A model generated the notes under the pieces. The model was not told the DNA's origin, did not search any database, and saw nothing but the letters and a program-made list of their open reading frames with translations. Of a DNA stretch of 64,000 nucleotides, positions 55,262 to 64,000 are shown piece by piece. The DNA comes from a virus, in IMG/VR virus record IMGVR_UViG_3300005466_000024, positions 96,001-160,000 of that record. The stretch is one strand, 5' to 3'. The position numbers and the translations under genes are program-made. Position 1 is the first letter of the stretch. The number at the start of each line of letters is the position of its first letter.

Positions 55262-55559
55262 GACTTCCAGTCATTCGTAGCCGCTGTTGACGGTGAGGAC
55301 CACCGAAAAGCTGCGGTCTGCGGTCCGGAAGTGGGGGTGTAGCGTTTCGGCCGCCAGCCGACAGTGGTGCGTCAACGCGATGTCGGCCGCACTCATCCGG
55401 GCCATGGGTGTTCTTACGTCGGCTCGGGCTGCAGCGCAACGAAGAAACGCGTGGTTGCTTCCGGTGCAGGGCATCGGCCGTCGGGGATCAGGTGATCACC
55501 GAACCCCTTGCCGCAGTGGTCGCAAACCAGGGACGAGCTGTTCCCCACGTGGTCCTCCG

Positions 55560-55811
55560 TTACGGTATGACGGCGATCTTGCTCATGAAGTTCTCCCAGC
55601 TGCCACCGATGCCGCCGACACCGACCTTGCCGCTGTCCTTGCCGGGCCATATCTTGCCCCACACATCGCCATTGACGCTGGTGACGATGTTCTTCCACGG
55701 GTCGATGACGCACGGCGCCGAGCAGCTGACGGTCGGTTCTGCCGTGGCCGGCGCGGCCAGGCCCACGGCCAGCGCGGCGCTGGCGAGTGCGGTGGTGATG
55801 ATTTTCTTCAT
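55560..55811 (-). CDS. Small secreted protein
   Basis: MKK signal peptide ending ATA-E. Confidence 0.65.
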   Translation of the reverse strand: MKKIITTALASAALAVGLAAPATAEPTVSCSAPCVIDPWKNIVTSVNGDVWGKIWPGKDSGKVGVGGIGGSWENFMSKIAVIP

Positions 55812-55847
55812 GGTGGCACTTCCTGTGTATCTGCTGGGCCCTCAAGC

Positions 55848-56237
55848 CTACGGGACCCGGCCACTCGTCTCCACAGTGCGCAGGAGGCGCCAGGCCGGAT
55901 TGGCCGCTTCGACGTACGCCGAGAATTCGGCGAGGGCGTCGCGCAACCAATCCGGTGTTTCGCCCTCGTGGGTCTTGGTGTCGAGCCCGTTGCGGGCACG
56001 GTACCAGCCGCCACCCTCGGCGTAGAGGTCGGCCGTGATGGACCTTGCACCCGCCACCCAGTAGAACGCCAGGTCACCATCGTCGATCGGTCCGATGGAC
56101 GCGAAGACCGATGACGGCTGGAAGATCAGGTCCACGAGTTCGCGGCCACGCTGGGCCATCTCCGCGGTGATCAGGTGTTCGCGTTCGAGGTGCAGGATGT
56201 CCTGCATCGCCCAGTCGATCGAGTTGTTGCTCATCAC
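55848..56237 (-). CDS. Hypothetical protein
   Basis: GGGAGGG RBS. Confidence 0.55.
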   Translation of the reverse strand: MMSNNSIDWAMQDILHLEREHLITAEMAQRGRELVDLIFQPSSVFASIGPIDDGDLAFYWVAGARSITADLYAEGGGWYRARNGLDTKTHEGETPDWLRDALAEFSAYVEAANPAWRLLRTVETSGRVP

Positions 56238-57182
56238 CCTCCCATTTCGACCGGACAGTCCTGGAATGCCGCCTCGAGAGTGTGTTGCACCGTTTCCTGC
56301 GTACTCAGTCCGTACGACGACCGGTTCTGTGCGTCTCGCAGCAAGCTCTCTCGAAACAGGTCCAGGTGAACGCCGCAGAGGGTTTTCGGGCCCATGAGAC
56401 GCTCCTGTCCGTCAGATGATTTGGAGCGGTAGTAGACGTGATAGACGGATGAGCTATCGCCACCGTGGTATTGGCTACACCCTGGTACATGTCGGGCCTC
56501 CACGAAGACATCATCCTTAGCGTTGGCTGTACCGCAACAACGCCGCCATGCCTCCTCTGGACGCCGTAGCCCGCGGCAAATCTTGTTGATCGAGGTGTTA
56601 CTCATTACGGGCCCAGTCCTCCAGCTCGGAATCGGTGACGCCCAGGGCCTCGAGTGCATCGCGAGTGTCCTGTTCCAGGGCTTCCTCTTCGGAGCGCCCA
56701 CCACAACAGAGCTCGCCAACTACCGCCATCGACAACCCCAAGATGTGGGCAATGGCGTCGCCACGTGTCATCCTCGGCCCACCGTCCTGACTGGGTGCGT
56801 CCTCGCGTGCTGCGTTCAGCACCATGTCGTATGTCCATCCACAGCCGGGTGGGCTGTCCTGCGGGGTTTGTCCGTGAGCGGATGCGTCGTTTCCGCATCG
56901 GATGCACTGGGTGCCGGTCATGTGAACACCGCCGCCGGGTTGACCATCCAGTCGATGACCCGATCGGCCTTGCCGCTGAACCTGCCCGAGATCCACCGCG
57001 CGGGCGTGCCCAGTGTGGGCGAGGTGAGGCGGGCTCGGGCGACACCGTTCGCCGCGGTGAAGTAGATGCGCACCGTGTACCCGTCTCGCTCGTATTGCGT
57101 GTGCCAGTCGCCGATGTCCGGTTTCTGGTCGGCCGTGCAAGTAACCGTCCATCCGGTGCGCTTCGCGTGCAGCGAGATGCGA

Positions 57183-57518
57183 TCACGGCCGGTCATCGGA
57201 TCGTCCCCGGTGCGAATTCCTTCTGGGTGGTGCGAATTCCTTCCGCGCCTCTGCCAGCAGGTGTCGGGCCTTGGGCACCGCGGCCTCTTGCAGCCGGTAC
57301 GTGATCCGTGACGGCCCACCGCTCCGCGATGAGGCCTCGGGATCGTCGGATCGGTCCAGCCAGCCGGCGGTCCGCAAGCGCGCGAGGATCTGGTAGGTCT
57401 TCGCGCTGCTGAAGCGGGTCGCTTTCATCAGCTGGTAGCCGTACTGCGGTTCCTCGAGGTCGTCGAGGAATGCCGTGAGGATCCGCAGAACCGCCATCGT
57501 GGGTCGTATGTCCTGCAT
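57183..57518 (-). CDS. PadR-like winged-helix regulator
   Basis: YGYQLMKATR.SS...YQIL.RL...GWL...GPSR.TYRL. Confidence 0.8.
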   Translation of the reverse strand: MQDIRPTMAVLRILTAFLDDLEEPQYGYQLMKATRFSSAKTYQILARLRTAGWLDRSDDPEASSRSGGPSRITYRLQEAAVPKARHLLAEARKEFAPPRRNSHRGRSDDRP

Positions 57519-58117
57519 GCCTCATCATAACCAAATCTCTTACATACGTCATGTCGGCCGACCCGAGCGCAGCTCGTTGGTGGTGCGGGTCAGATCGTCC
57601 CAGTTGCAGTACTCGATCATGTCGAGGCAGTCGGGGCAGTCGACGTCGTCGCGCCAGGTGGTGGTGTCGCCGTCCTGCTCGCACAGCGCGCCGGGGATCA
57701 GGTAACCGTCGGGGGCGTGCACGTAGTTGCTCATCTCAGAATCCTCACGTAGGGGCCGCGTACGTTGATGCGCTCGACCTTGCCGGCCAGTTCCCGCATT
57801 GCTCGCCGACGCCAACGCGCCGCTTCGGCGTCGTCCATGCCGAACGTCTGCATCAGCCACGGTTTGATGGCGGTGCGAACTTCCTCGCCGGGTTCGCCGA
57901 GCGTGTCGATGTAGCCGAGGACCGCGGCGACGATATCGGTGCTCATGTGATCAGTTCCATCCGTTTGCAGGAGGGTTGTTGAAGTGTTGCCTGCAGGCAT
58001 GGTGGCCGTCCACCATGCCGACAGCCTTGCGTTGGCACCCATTGGACGCATGCGAGCCCGCCCAACTGCCGGACCTGGCCTGAGACCAGGTTTTCGCTTC
58101 GCAATACTTGTCGGGGT

Positions 58118-58357
58118 TCATGGTGTGACTTTCTTAATGCCGGTGTTCAGTACGGTGAGGCGGCCGGTGATGCCGTTGGCCCATTCGACGACCAGGTAGC
58201 CGCCCGCTGAGCTCGTGGGGACATGGCGTTTGACGGTGCCGCGCAACCCGTTCGCACCCTCCAGTTCGGTGCCGTTCGGGTAGTTCCTGCGCACCCATCG
58301 TGCCGCTCTGCTGGTGCGCAGAATGTATTTCTGCTGCGGGGTGTCGGGGTTCGTCAT
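58118..58357 (-). CDS. SH3-like hypothetical protein
   Basis: GTV...YLVVEW.NG. Confidence 0.5.
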   Translation of the reverse strand: MTNPDTPQQKYILRTSRAARWVRRNYPNGTELEGANGLRGTVKRHVPTSSAGGYLVVEWANGITGRLTVLNTGIKKVTP

Positions 58358-59055
58358 TCGACTGGGTCGATCTTCGCGCGCGTGAGCACCGTTTGGTCCT
58401 GTCCGCGGTAGTTGTCGTGGTCCTTCACGGTGCCGCGAATGCGGACCCGCGTGCCGCGCTCGATGTCGAACAGTGACCGGCCGGTGCCGGTGGCCTTGAC
58501 CACGTGGCCGTCATCGAGGGTGACAACGACGAGTGCCTTTCGGTCGTCGGGCCCGTAGCCGCGGTAGGACGGCACATCGAATGACGTCGCCACGGTGACG
58601 GCGCCGGTCACGTCGACCTTCTCGCCGATGCCGGCCACGAACCCGGTCACCATCGCGGTGCGGCGTGCCTGCTCGGCATGCGCGGCGTCCCAGTGCTCGG
58701 CGAACTCTGCGGCAGCCTGGGCGGCTGCGACCTCGGCGGCCTGGGCGGCTGATTCGGCGCGGATCGCGTCGCCGTATTCGCGCCACACTGCCTCGATCTT
58801 GGCGTCGCGACGCAACGTCTGGACAGCGTTGGACCGGAGGACGGTGCGCGCGCCGAGGCACAGGAAGCAGGTGCCGCGGGCCTCGCCCTGGGAGGTCCAC
58901 CACACGTAGATGCCGGTGCCGCCGCACCGTGGGCAGGACTCGCGCCGGTCGATGCGGTCCTTGCTGCGGCGTCCAGGGTGCGGGTCGACGTAGGTGGTGA
59001 CGGTGTAGACGCGGCCGTTGTAGCGTACGGCGGTGGTGTCGGTAGCGTTCGTCAT
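58354..59055 (-). CDS. DnaJ-type Zn finger plus OB-fold-like protein
   Basis: CPRCGGTG...CFLCLG; GTVKDH..Y.G..QT.LTR. Confidence 0.6.
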   Translation of the reverse strand: MTNATDTTAVRYNGRVYTVTTYVDPHPGRRSKDRIDRRESCPRCGGTGIYVWWTSQGEARGTCFLCLGARTVLRSNAVQTLRRDAKIEAVWREYGDAIRAESAAQAAEVAAAQAAAEFAEHWDAAHAEQARRTAMVTGFVAGIGEKVDVTGAVTVATSFDVPSYRGYGPDDRKALVVVTLDDGHVVKATGTGRSLFDIERGTRVRIRGTVKDHDNYRGQDQTVLTRAKIDPVE

Positions 59056-59078
59056 GGTGGCCTCCTACCCAGTTCAAC

Positions 59079-59096
59079 GCTATACCACCACTATAC
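59079..59096 (-). promoter_or_regulatory. TATAG motif, copy 9
   Basis: GTATAGTGGTGGTATAGC. Confidence 0.6.
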
Positions 59097-59109
59097 CATC
59101 CCGGACTGT

Positions 59110-59508
59110 CTAGAGTTCGTCTTCGTCCTCGCCCATTTCAAGCACCGGCCGCTGCGGCATGTCGGTGATACCGCACTCCTCCAGCTTGGTTTCCGCCAGC
59201 TCGTCCCACGGCTCGTGATTGCGGATGTACCGCGTCACCCGGCGCCGCCACTTGCGTTCCTTCTCCAGCTCGGTGACCACGGACTGGAACTGCTTCTGCC
59301 AGAACTCCTGCTGCGCGATGGCCGCCGTGGCGTTGATCTGCGCGGCCTCCGCCGCGATCTTGTTGCGCTGCTCGTCGGTGAGGGTGATGTCACCCTCCTG
59401 CTTCCTGACCGTACGAACACGATCACGAACACTGTTGGCGAACGCGTACACCCCACTGAGTCCCCCACCGATGCCCAGTACGAAACTAACTATCAGCGTC
59501 GCGTTCAT
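59110..59508 (-). CDS. Membrane-anchored coiled-coil protein
   Basis: N-terminal TM helix followed by heptad-like region. Confidence 0.6.
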   Translation of the reverse strand: MNATLIVSFVLGIGGGLSGVYAFANSVRDRVRTVRKQEGDITLTDEQRNKIAAEAAQINATAAIAQQEFWQKQFQSVVTELEKERKWRRRVTRYIRNHEPWDELAETKLEECGITDMPQRPVLEMGEDEDEL

Positions 59509-60046
59509 CCGACAACTCCGCAATCTTGCGCTCGGTGAGGCTCTTCTCCGCACGGTCGATGCGCCGCGACTCCAACCAGTACATGACCCCGTTGAGGCCG
59601 ATACCGATGCCCAGGGCGGGTGTCAGGCATACGGAGATGGCGTTCCACACGCTCCCTCCGGCCGCCAGGAACAGGTAGTAGGTGTACACCCCCAATCCGG
59701 CAACAGCGGCCGGCGCCCCGGTGTAACCCCATCGATACGCCTGCTGCAGGTGCCTGACCTTCAAGTACCAGCGGGCGCCCAGGCATGCGCCGTGCAACTT
59801 GATGGCACACCCGATGAAAATGCACGAGCACATCGCAACCTGCATGTTCACGGACATGTTCGCGACAGCGGTCGCCGGTGCCGGGCCACGGAAGATGATC
59901 ACGAACGTGGGCAGCATCAGCCCGACCAGGACGCACAGGTTGGAGGGGATGCGGTCGATGCGCCGCTTGGGTGCGACTTCCTCCCACCACGAATCCAGCA
60001 AGGCGATGGGGTGCGCCACGGTCCGCGCCCAGCGCTTCACTTTCAC
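59486..60046 (-). CDS. Four-TM membrane protein (holin-like)
   Basis: Four hydrophobic segments and a charged C-terminus. Confidence 0.6.
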   Translation of the reverse strand: MKVKRWARTVAHPIALLDSWWEEVAPKRRIDRIPSNLCVLVGLMLPTFVIIFRGPAPATAVANMSVNMQVAMCSCIFIGCAIKLHGACLGARWYLKVRHLQQAYRWGYTGAPAAVAGLGVYTYYLFLAAGGSVWNAISVCLTPALGIGIGLNGVMYWLESRRIDRAEKSLTERKIAELSDERDADS

Positions 60047-60055
60047 CGCGCCCTC

Positions 60056-60316
60056 CTACAGTCCGAGCAGGCTACCGATCGCACCGAGCAACCCACCGCG
60101 ACCACCTCCCCCACCCGGTGTGGCGGTGAACGGGCCCCCATCGATGCGGGCACACTGGTCGCTGTCCCACACATGGGCTTTGCTGATCGGACACTGATAT
60201 GGTGCTGGGCCGAGATCGGCCTCGGCCGGCGACGCCATGAACATCATCGCGGCGGCAGCGAAACCGGCCAACGACCTCAGGGCACCGCTATGGTGCGTTG
60301 ACCCAGGTCTCATCAC
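60056..60316 (-). CDS. Small secreted protein
   Basis: Signal-like segment ending AEA-D; two Cys; start uncertain. Confidence 0.5.
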   Translation of the reverse strand: MMRPGSTHHSGALRSLAGFAAAAMMFMASPAEADLGPAPYQCPISKAHVWDSDQCARIDGGPFTATPGGGGGRGGLLGAIGSLLGL

Positions 60317-60377
60317 ACGTGGGCTTGCGTCTCGGAGTCGGCCGAACCGACTCCCCCAGGATCTCGTGCTCGGCCAT
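60288..60377 (-). CDS. 29-aa upstream ORF with strong RBS
   Basis: AGGAGGTAAAC-ATG; MAEHEILGESVRPTPRRKPTCDETWVNAP. Confidence 0.4.
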   Translation of the reverse strand: MAEHEILGESVRPTPRRKPTCDETWVNAP

Positions 60378-60442
60378 GTTTACCTCCTATACGTTCTCGG
60401 CCGAGCAGGTCATCGGGCCCGCTGTATTAGCTCGCACGACAA

Positions 60443-60468
60443 AGCGCCGCACCCATCGGTGCGGCGCT
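60443..60468 (-). terminator. Intrinsic terminator-like hairpin
   Basis: 11-bp stem AGCGCCGCACC/GGTGCGGCGCT followed by a short T run on the minus strand. Confidence 0.65.
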
Positions 60469-60662
60469 ATCTGTTGAGGTGGGCTAAATTCGCCCCGTGG
60501 ACCTTGATGAGTTCGGTTGCTGCGCCCAGGCCACCAACCAGTCCCTGAATGCGATCTGCTCCGAGCAGTCCGGCAGTACCGCCAACGATTCCACTGCCTC
60601 CAGTGACCGCACGGCCTTTGACTGCGGCACCCAGAACACCGGAGAGGACGCCAATGGGTTGA

Positions 60663-61226
60663 TCACGATTTCTCCAATGCCTCGTCGAGTGCCTGCTGGA
60701 CAGCTCTCGCCTTCTCGGTGATCACCCGCCAGTCATCGATGTGGATGATGCGGCAGGAGAAGAACATCGGATAGCCGTTGATACTGCGCGGCCCGGCTTT
60801 GGCGTACTCCTCGAGGATGTTGCCGATCTTGGTGGTGTCCATCCCGGTCAGCCCACCCAACAGCGGCATGAACACGCTGGTGATCATGTCGGGCGGACAC
60901 TGGGTGGCGACGAAGTAGCGGTTCTTCACCAGGCCCTCGATGATTTCGTGGATCTCCTCAGGCGTCAGTCTGGGTATCGGACGGGGTGCCTGGGTGTCAG
61001 TTCCATCGGTCGTGGATGTCGTCGTAGAACTCTCCTGATCGGTGGAAGCTGTAACAGGGGCATCGTCGGCAGAAGAGAACGTGGTAGCTGTGGGTCCACC
61101 TCTCGTGTCCGCAGTGACAGACGTCGAATCCTTCGCCGGGTTCGGGTGGGATGCCGGGGACTCGCCAGGTGTGGTCGTACTCGACGTCTCCGAGGCAGTA
61201 GGTGCAATCCATGGTTCGTCACTCAT
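60663..61226 (-). CDS. Phage protein with a conserved-looking C-terminal domain; start uncertain
   Basis: VFMPL..G...EEYAKAGPRSINGYPMFFSC; N-terminal third looks like an off-frame shadow. Confidence 0.55.
   Translation of the reverse strand: MSDEPWIAPTASETSSTTTPGESPASHPNPAKDSTSVTADTRGGPTATTFSSADDAPVTASTDQESSTTTSTTDGTDTQAPRPIPRLTPEEIHEIIEGLVKNRYFVATQCPPDMITSVFMPLLGGLTGMDTTKIGNILEEYAKAGPRSINGYPMFFSCRIIHIDDWRVITEKARAVQQALDEALEKS
60997..61212 (-). CDS. Cys/His-rich 71-aa protein nested in another frame
   Basis: CxxC, CHCGH...H...C..CPC; C-ending codons dominate. Confidence 0.6.
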   Translation of the reverse strand: MDCTYCLGDVEYDHTWRVPGIPPEPGEGFDVCHCGHERWTHSYHVLFCRRCPCYSFHRSGEFYDDIHDRWN

Positions 61227-61627
61227 CAGGTCACCTGCCCTGCTCTCCGCCGTTTCTTGTACCGAGCGGGGATCGGTTGCCCCAGCTCACGCATCTTCGC
61301 CCGCCACACGTCGTCGTGACCGTGCCCAGTGAGGATGTGGGCGTATTCGTGCCACATCAGGCGCGAGGGCCGTTCCGATTCGCCCCAGGTGCCATCGGTG
61401 TTCCTGCTTGCTGCGAACAGCCGGCGATGACTGCGGACGCAGATCCAGCCCCGGTACGGGTCACCTGCCCGGTCATGGGCATGCGCCTGGTGGCGGAACG
61501 ACGACCCGACGCCGCGCTCGATGCAGCCGCCGACGAACACACCGACGACCTCGGGCCAGTCGAAGGGGCAGTCACGCGTACCCCATTCCTGTTTGGTCTC
61601 TTCGGTTGGCTCAAACAAGCCGTTCAT
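61226..61627 (-). CDS. SprT-like HExxH metallopeptidase
   Basis: [17 protein letters not shown]. Confidence 0.65.
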   Translation of the reverse strand: MNGLFEPTEETKQEWGTRDCPFDWPEVVGVFVGGCIERGVGSSFRHQAHAHDRAGDPYRGWICVRSHRRLFAASRNTDGTWGESERPSRLMWHEYAHILTGHGHDDVWRAKMRELGQPIPARYKKRRRAGQVT

Positions 61628-62215
61628 GACCACACCCCTCTTCTCGGCGATCACCCGCCCCTCCCCACTTGCCGTGACGCATGGTTCGGCCTCTTGGTGC
61701 ACTTTTTGACGTGACGACAGATGTCGTGCCGACCGATACGGCACTCGACACATGTGCAGGGGCAACGAAATGGCTCTTGCGCCTCGTCGCTGGACAGCAT
61801 TGGCGGAAGCGGTAGTCCGTCGTTGTCGAGCAGGTTGTCACGCATGGTCCAACTCTCCAACTTTGTCGCTAGCCACGACCTGCTCGATCTCTCGGCCGTG
61901 CTCCTGCCACGCCTTGACGCAGGCACCACAGCGACACCCATGCTCATCAAAGTTCTCCCACCTGCCGTGCTCGATGCCGGACACAGCTCGCGGAAATCGC
62001 CAGTCCGGGTTCCTAGTGCCATCGATGGGGGTCATGGTCGTCTCCTTTTGTCACAAGGATTGGTTCGTGCTGATGGGTGGTGCGGTTGGTGCCGGGGCGG
62101 GTACCAACGCGTGGTGGAGCAGCAGCTGGGCACTGACCAGGGCCGTGATCAGCAGCGCCAGGGTCAGGCCGAACTGCCGGTCGGTCATGACTGGTTCACC
62201 CCCTCACGTGGTTCT

Positions 62216-62233
62216 GCTACACCACCACTATAC
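62216..62233 (-). promoter_or_regulatory. TATAG motif, copy 10
   Basis: GTATAGTGGTGGTGTAGC. Confidence 0.55.
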
Positions 62234-62247
62234 CTCATCGGCCAGCA

Positions 62248-62754
62248 TCAGTGCTCGCTCTCGTAGCGGGCCAGCCACGCCATCAGCTCGTCCTCGCTGG
62301 GGATGGCGAACCGTTTCATCAGCCAGCCCAGCTTCAGGTGGTCGCCGGTGTGGATCAGGTCGGTCAGCTCGGCCTTGTGGGAGGCGATGGCGGTCCGCAG
62401 TCGAGCCAACTCGTCGGCCTGCTGACCCAGTAGGCGGCGCCCGGCGTCGCGGCCCTGATTCAGTGGCCCCTGCGGGAAGTAGCCCTTGAAGTCGTGGTTG
62501 TCGCCGCGGAACAACGCATCGATGCGTTTGACGCCGACGAGCTGTTCCAGGGTCCCGTAGGTGCGGGCAGCGAAACCGGCCAGGATGCGGTTGTCGGCGC
62601 GCAGCACGTTGACGTCACGTTCGGCGCTGTCGGCGCGCCGGATCGCTTCGAAGGCCTTGGCCCAGCCGACCCGGCGGCCGCATTCGATGCCGTGCACCGC
62701 CTGCCCGGCCGACTCGAGGGTGTCCTCCCCGACCAGCACGCCCTTACCGGACAT
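62248..62754 (-). CDS. Hypothetical coiled-coil protein
   Basis: GC3-rich ORF. Confidence 0.55.
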   Translation of the reverse strand: MSGKGVLVGEDTLESAGQAVHGIECGRRVGWAKAFEAIRRADSAERDVNVLRADNRILAGFAARTYGTLEQLVGVKRIDALFRGDNHDFKGYFPQGPLNQGRDAGRRLLGQQADELARLRTAIASHKAELTDLIHTGDHLKLGWLMKRFAIPSEDELMAWLARYESEH

Positions 62755-63085
62755 GTTTGACCACCGTCCACACACCGGTGTCGGGGTCGACGTCGATGGT
62801 GGCGACATACCAGGCCACCCCCGGCCCGAACGCCACTTTGGTGGGGGCGACCTCCTCGAGGTAGTTCACGAACTCGCCGACCGTCCCCTCGCTCATGAGA
62901 AGCACCCGAAGCCGTGCAGCGGGCACCAGTAACCCCAGCCGGGCACCTCGGCGTACCGGAGCCAGCTGTACGGGCACCAACCTGTACCGATGGGGGCGGG
63001 TGTCGCGGTGATCTCGCGTACCTCGGTGGTGATCGGGTAGGGGCTGTTCATCGTGGCTACCTCTTGCGGTTGTAGTCCGTTCCGC

Positions 63086-63376
63086 TCATCTGCCACCTTC
63101 CCCGATGCGCGGATCGGCAGACTCCCACTCTCCGGCGGTGACGGTGACGGTACGCGTCTCGATGGTGATGTGGGAGCACATTCCCTTGGCTTCGGATTCC
63201 CGCAGCAGGGCGATGTGCTCCAGGCCGCGACGTTCACCGTCCTCACCGTCGAATATCCGCTCGACGTGGCTGGTGCCACGCAGCTGCGCCACGGGGTCCT
63301 CTGCCGGGATGTCCCAGCTCACTCGGTAGTGGAGCTGCCAGCCCACCCGATAGTGGACTTGGGTCGTTTCTTTCAC
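63086..63376 (-). CDS. Hypothetical protein
   Basis: GTGA-coupled start. Confidence 0.5.
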   Translation of the reverse strand: MKETTQVHYRVGWQLHYRVSWDIPAEDPVAQLRGTSHVERIFDGEDGERRGLEHIALLRESEAKGMCSHITIETRTVTVTAGEWESADPRIGEGGR

Positions 63377-63786
63377 GGCTTCAGCTCCTCGAGCAGCGGC
63401 CCGTGGACATCGCACCCGGCCGGATCCACCGCGCAGCACGCCGCACGCACCTCATCCTCCTCCATGCGGCGGGCCCGTTCGAGCAGGACATCGACGACCC
63501 GCGTCGCGGTGTCCCCGCCCAGCTCGGTGGCCAACGCCCTCGTCATGGCGTCCCGGTGCGCCACGATCTCCCGATATTCCGTCCCACCCATTCCCATTCC
63601 TTTGCTCCAGAGCACACGTAGCCACCTCCATCCCCGGAGGGGGATGGCACTCTTTTCCCAGTACAGCGGCTTTTCGTCCACGCCGCCCCCACTGGGCGCG
63701 CTGTTTGCTGGCGTGTACCGCATCCGCGGCTGCCGGACCGCCCACTCGTAGTAGGGGTGCGACTGGGGCAGGGTGATGCGGCTCAT
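63373..63786 (-). CDS. Hypothetical protein
   Basis: ATGA-coupled start at 63786. Confidence 0.5.
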   Translation of the reverse strand: MSRITLPQSHPYYEWAVRQPRMRYTPANSAPSGGGVDEKPLYWEKSAIPLRGWRWLRVLWSKGMGMGGTEYREIVAHRDAMTRALATELGGDTATRVVDVLLERARRMEEDEVRAACCAVDPAGCDVHGPLLEELKP

Positions 63787-64000
63787 CCCAGTTTCTTCTT
63801 GACCCGGTCGCATGCGGCTTTGAGCCGATCCTGGAAGACAGGGTCGTCCATGTCGCCGGCCACGATCTCGTCGGCGATCATCGCCAACTTGGGTGGCACC
63901 GAGCAACCGGGTGGCACCACCACGATGATCGGCTTGTCGTACATCACCATGAACCCCAGTTGGGTGGCGTATTCGACGTCGGGTGGACCGTCGAGGGCCA

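Noticed and set aside
57950-58100. Known riboswitch (SAM-IV, c-di-AMP, ZTP)
   Set aside because: Could not match the consensus cores by eye
1-64000. Integrase, att site, IS element, or capsid/terminase genes
   Set aside because: No recognisable motifs in this window; lifestyle and genome ends cannot be determined

Overview
The whole window reads as part of a large, GC-rich actinobacteriophage genome, most likely a mycobacteriophage: it carries a PE-PPE domain gene and a WhiB, and shows no host housekeeping genes, integrase or rRNA. Most genes lie on the minus strand and are often coupled by ATGA/GTGA overlaps. From left to right it holds an HNH nuclease and a papain-like peptidase, a block of tail or minor virion genes, and six glycosyltransferase-like genes interrupted by a Ro60/TROVE (rsr) gene with four tandem Y RNA-like genes upstream. 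Two of those four are circularly permuted tRNA mimics (Asn-like and Cys-like) and two are minimal. Further on are two C5-DNA methyltransferases (one dual-coding), SLOG and cyclic-phosphate-receiver genes, a sulfotransferase-like gene, more tail genes, a small protein ending in Gly-Gly with a partner gene, WhiB, an RlaP-like nucleotidyltransferase next to a DEDD exonuclease, and many small hypothetical genes. The most unusual observation is at about 45.8-46.0 kb. An intergenic structured RNA there carries the same Ro-binding motifs as the Y RNA array, but with the two strands in reversed order, and is fused to a normally ordered tRNA with a 10-nt anticodon loop. Twelve copies of a CTATAG-N5-CTATAG-like motif sit upstream of genes. 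All family assignments come from motif recognition by eye, no database searches were run, and many start codons are inferred.
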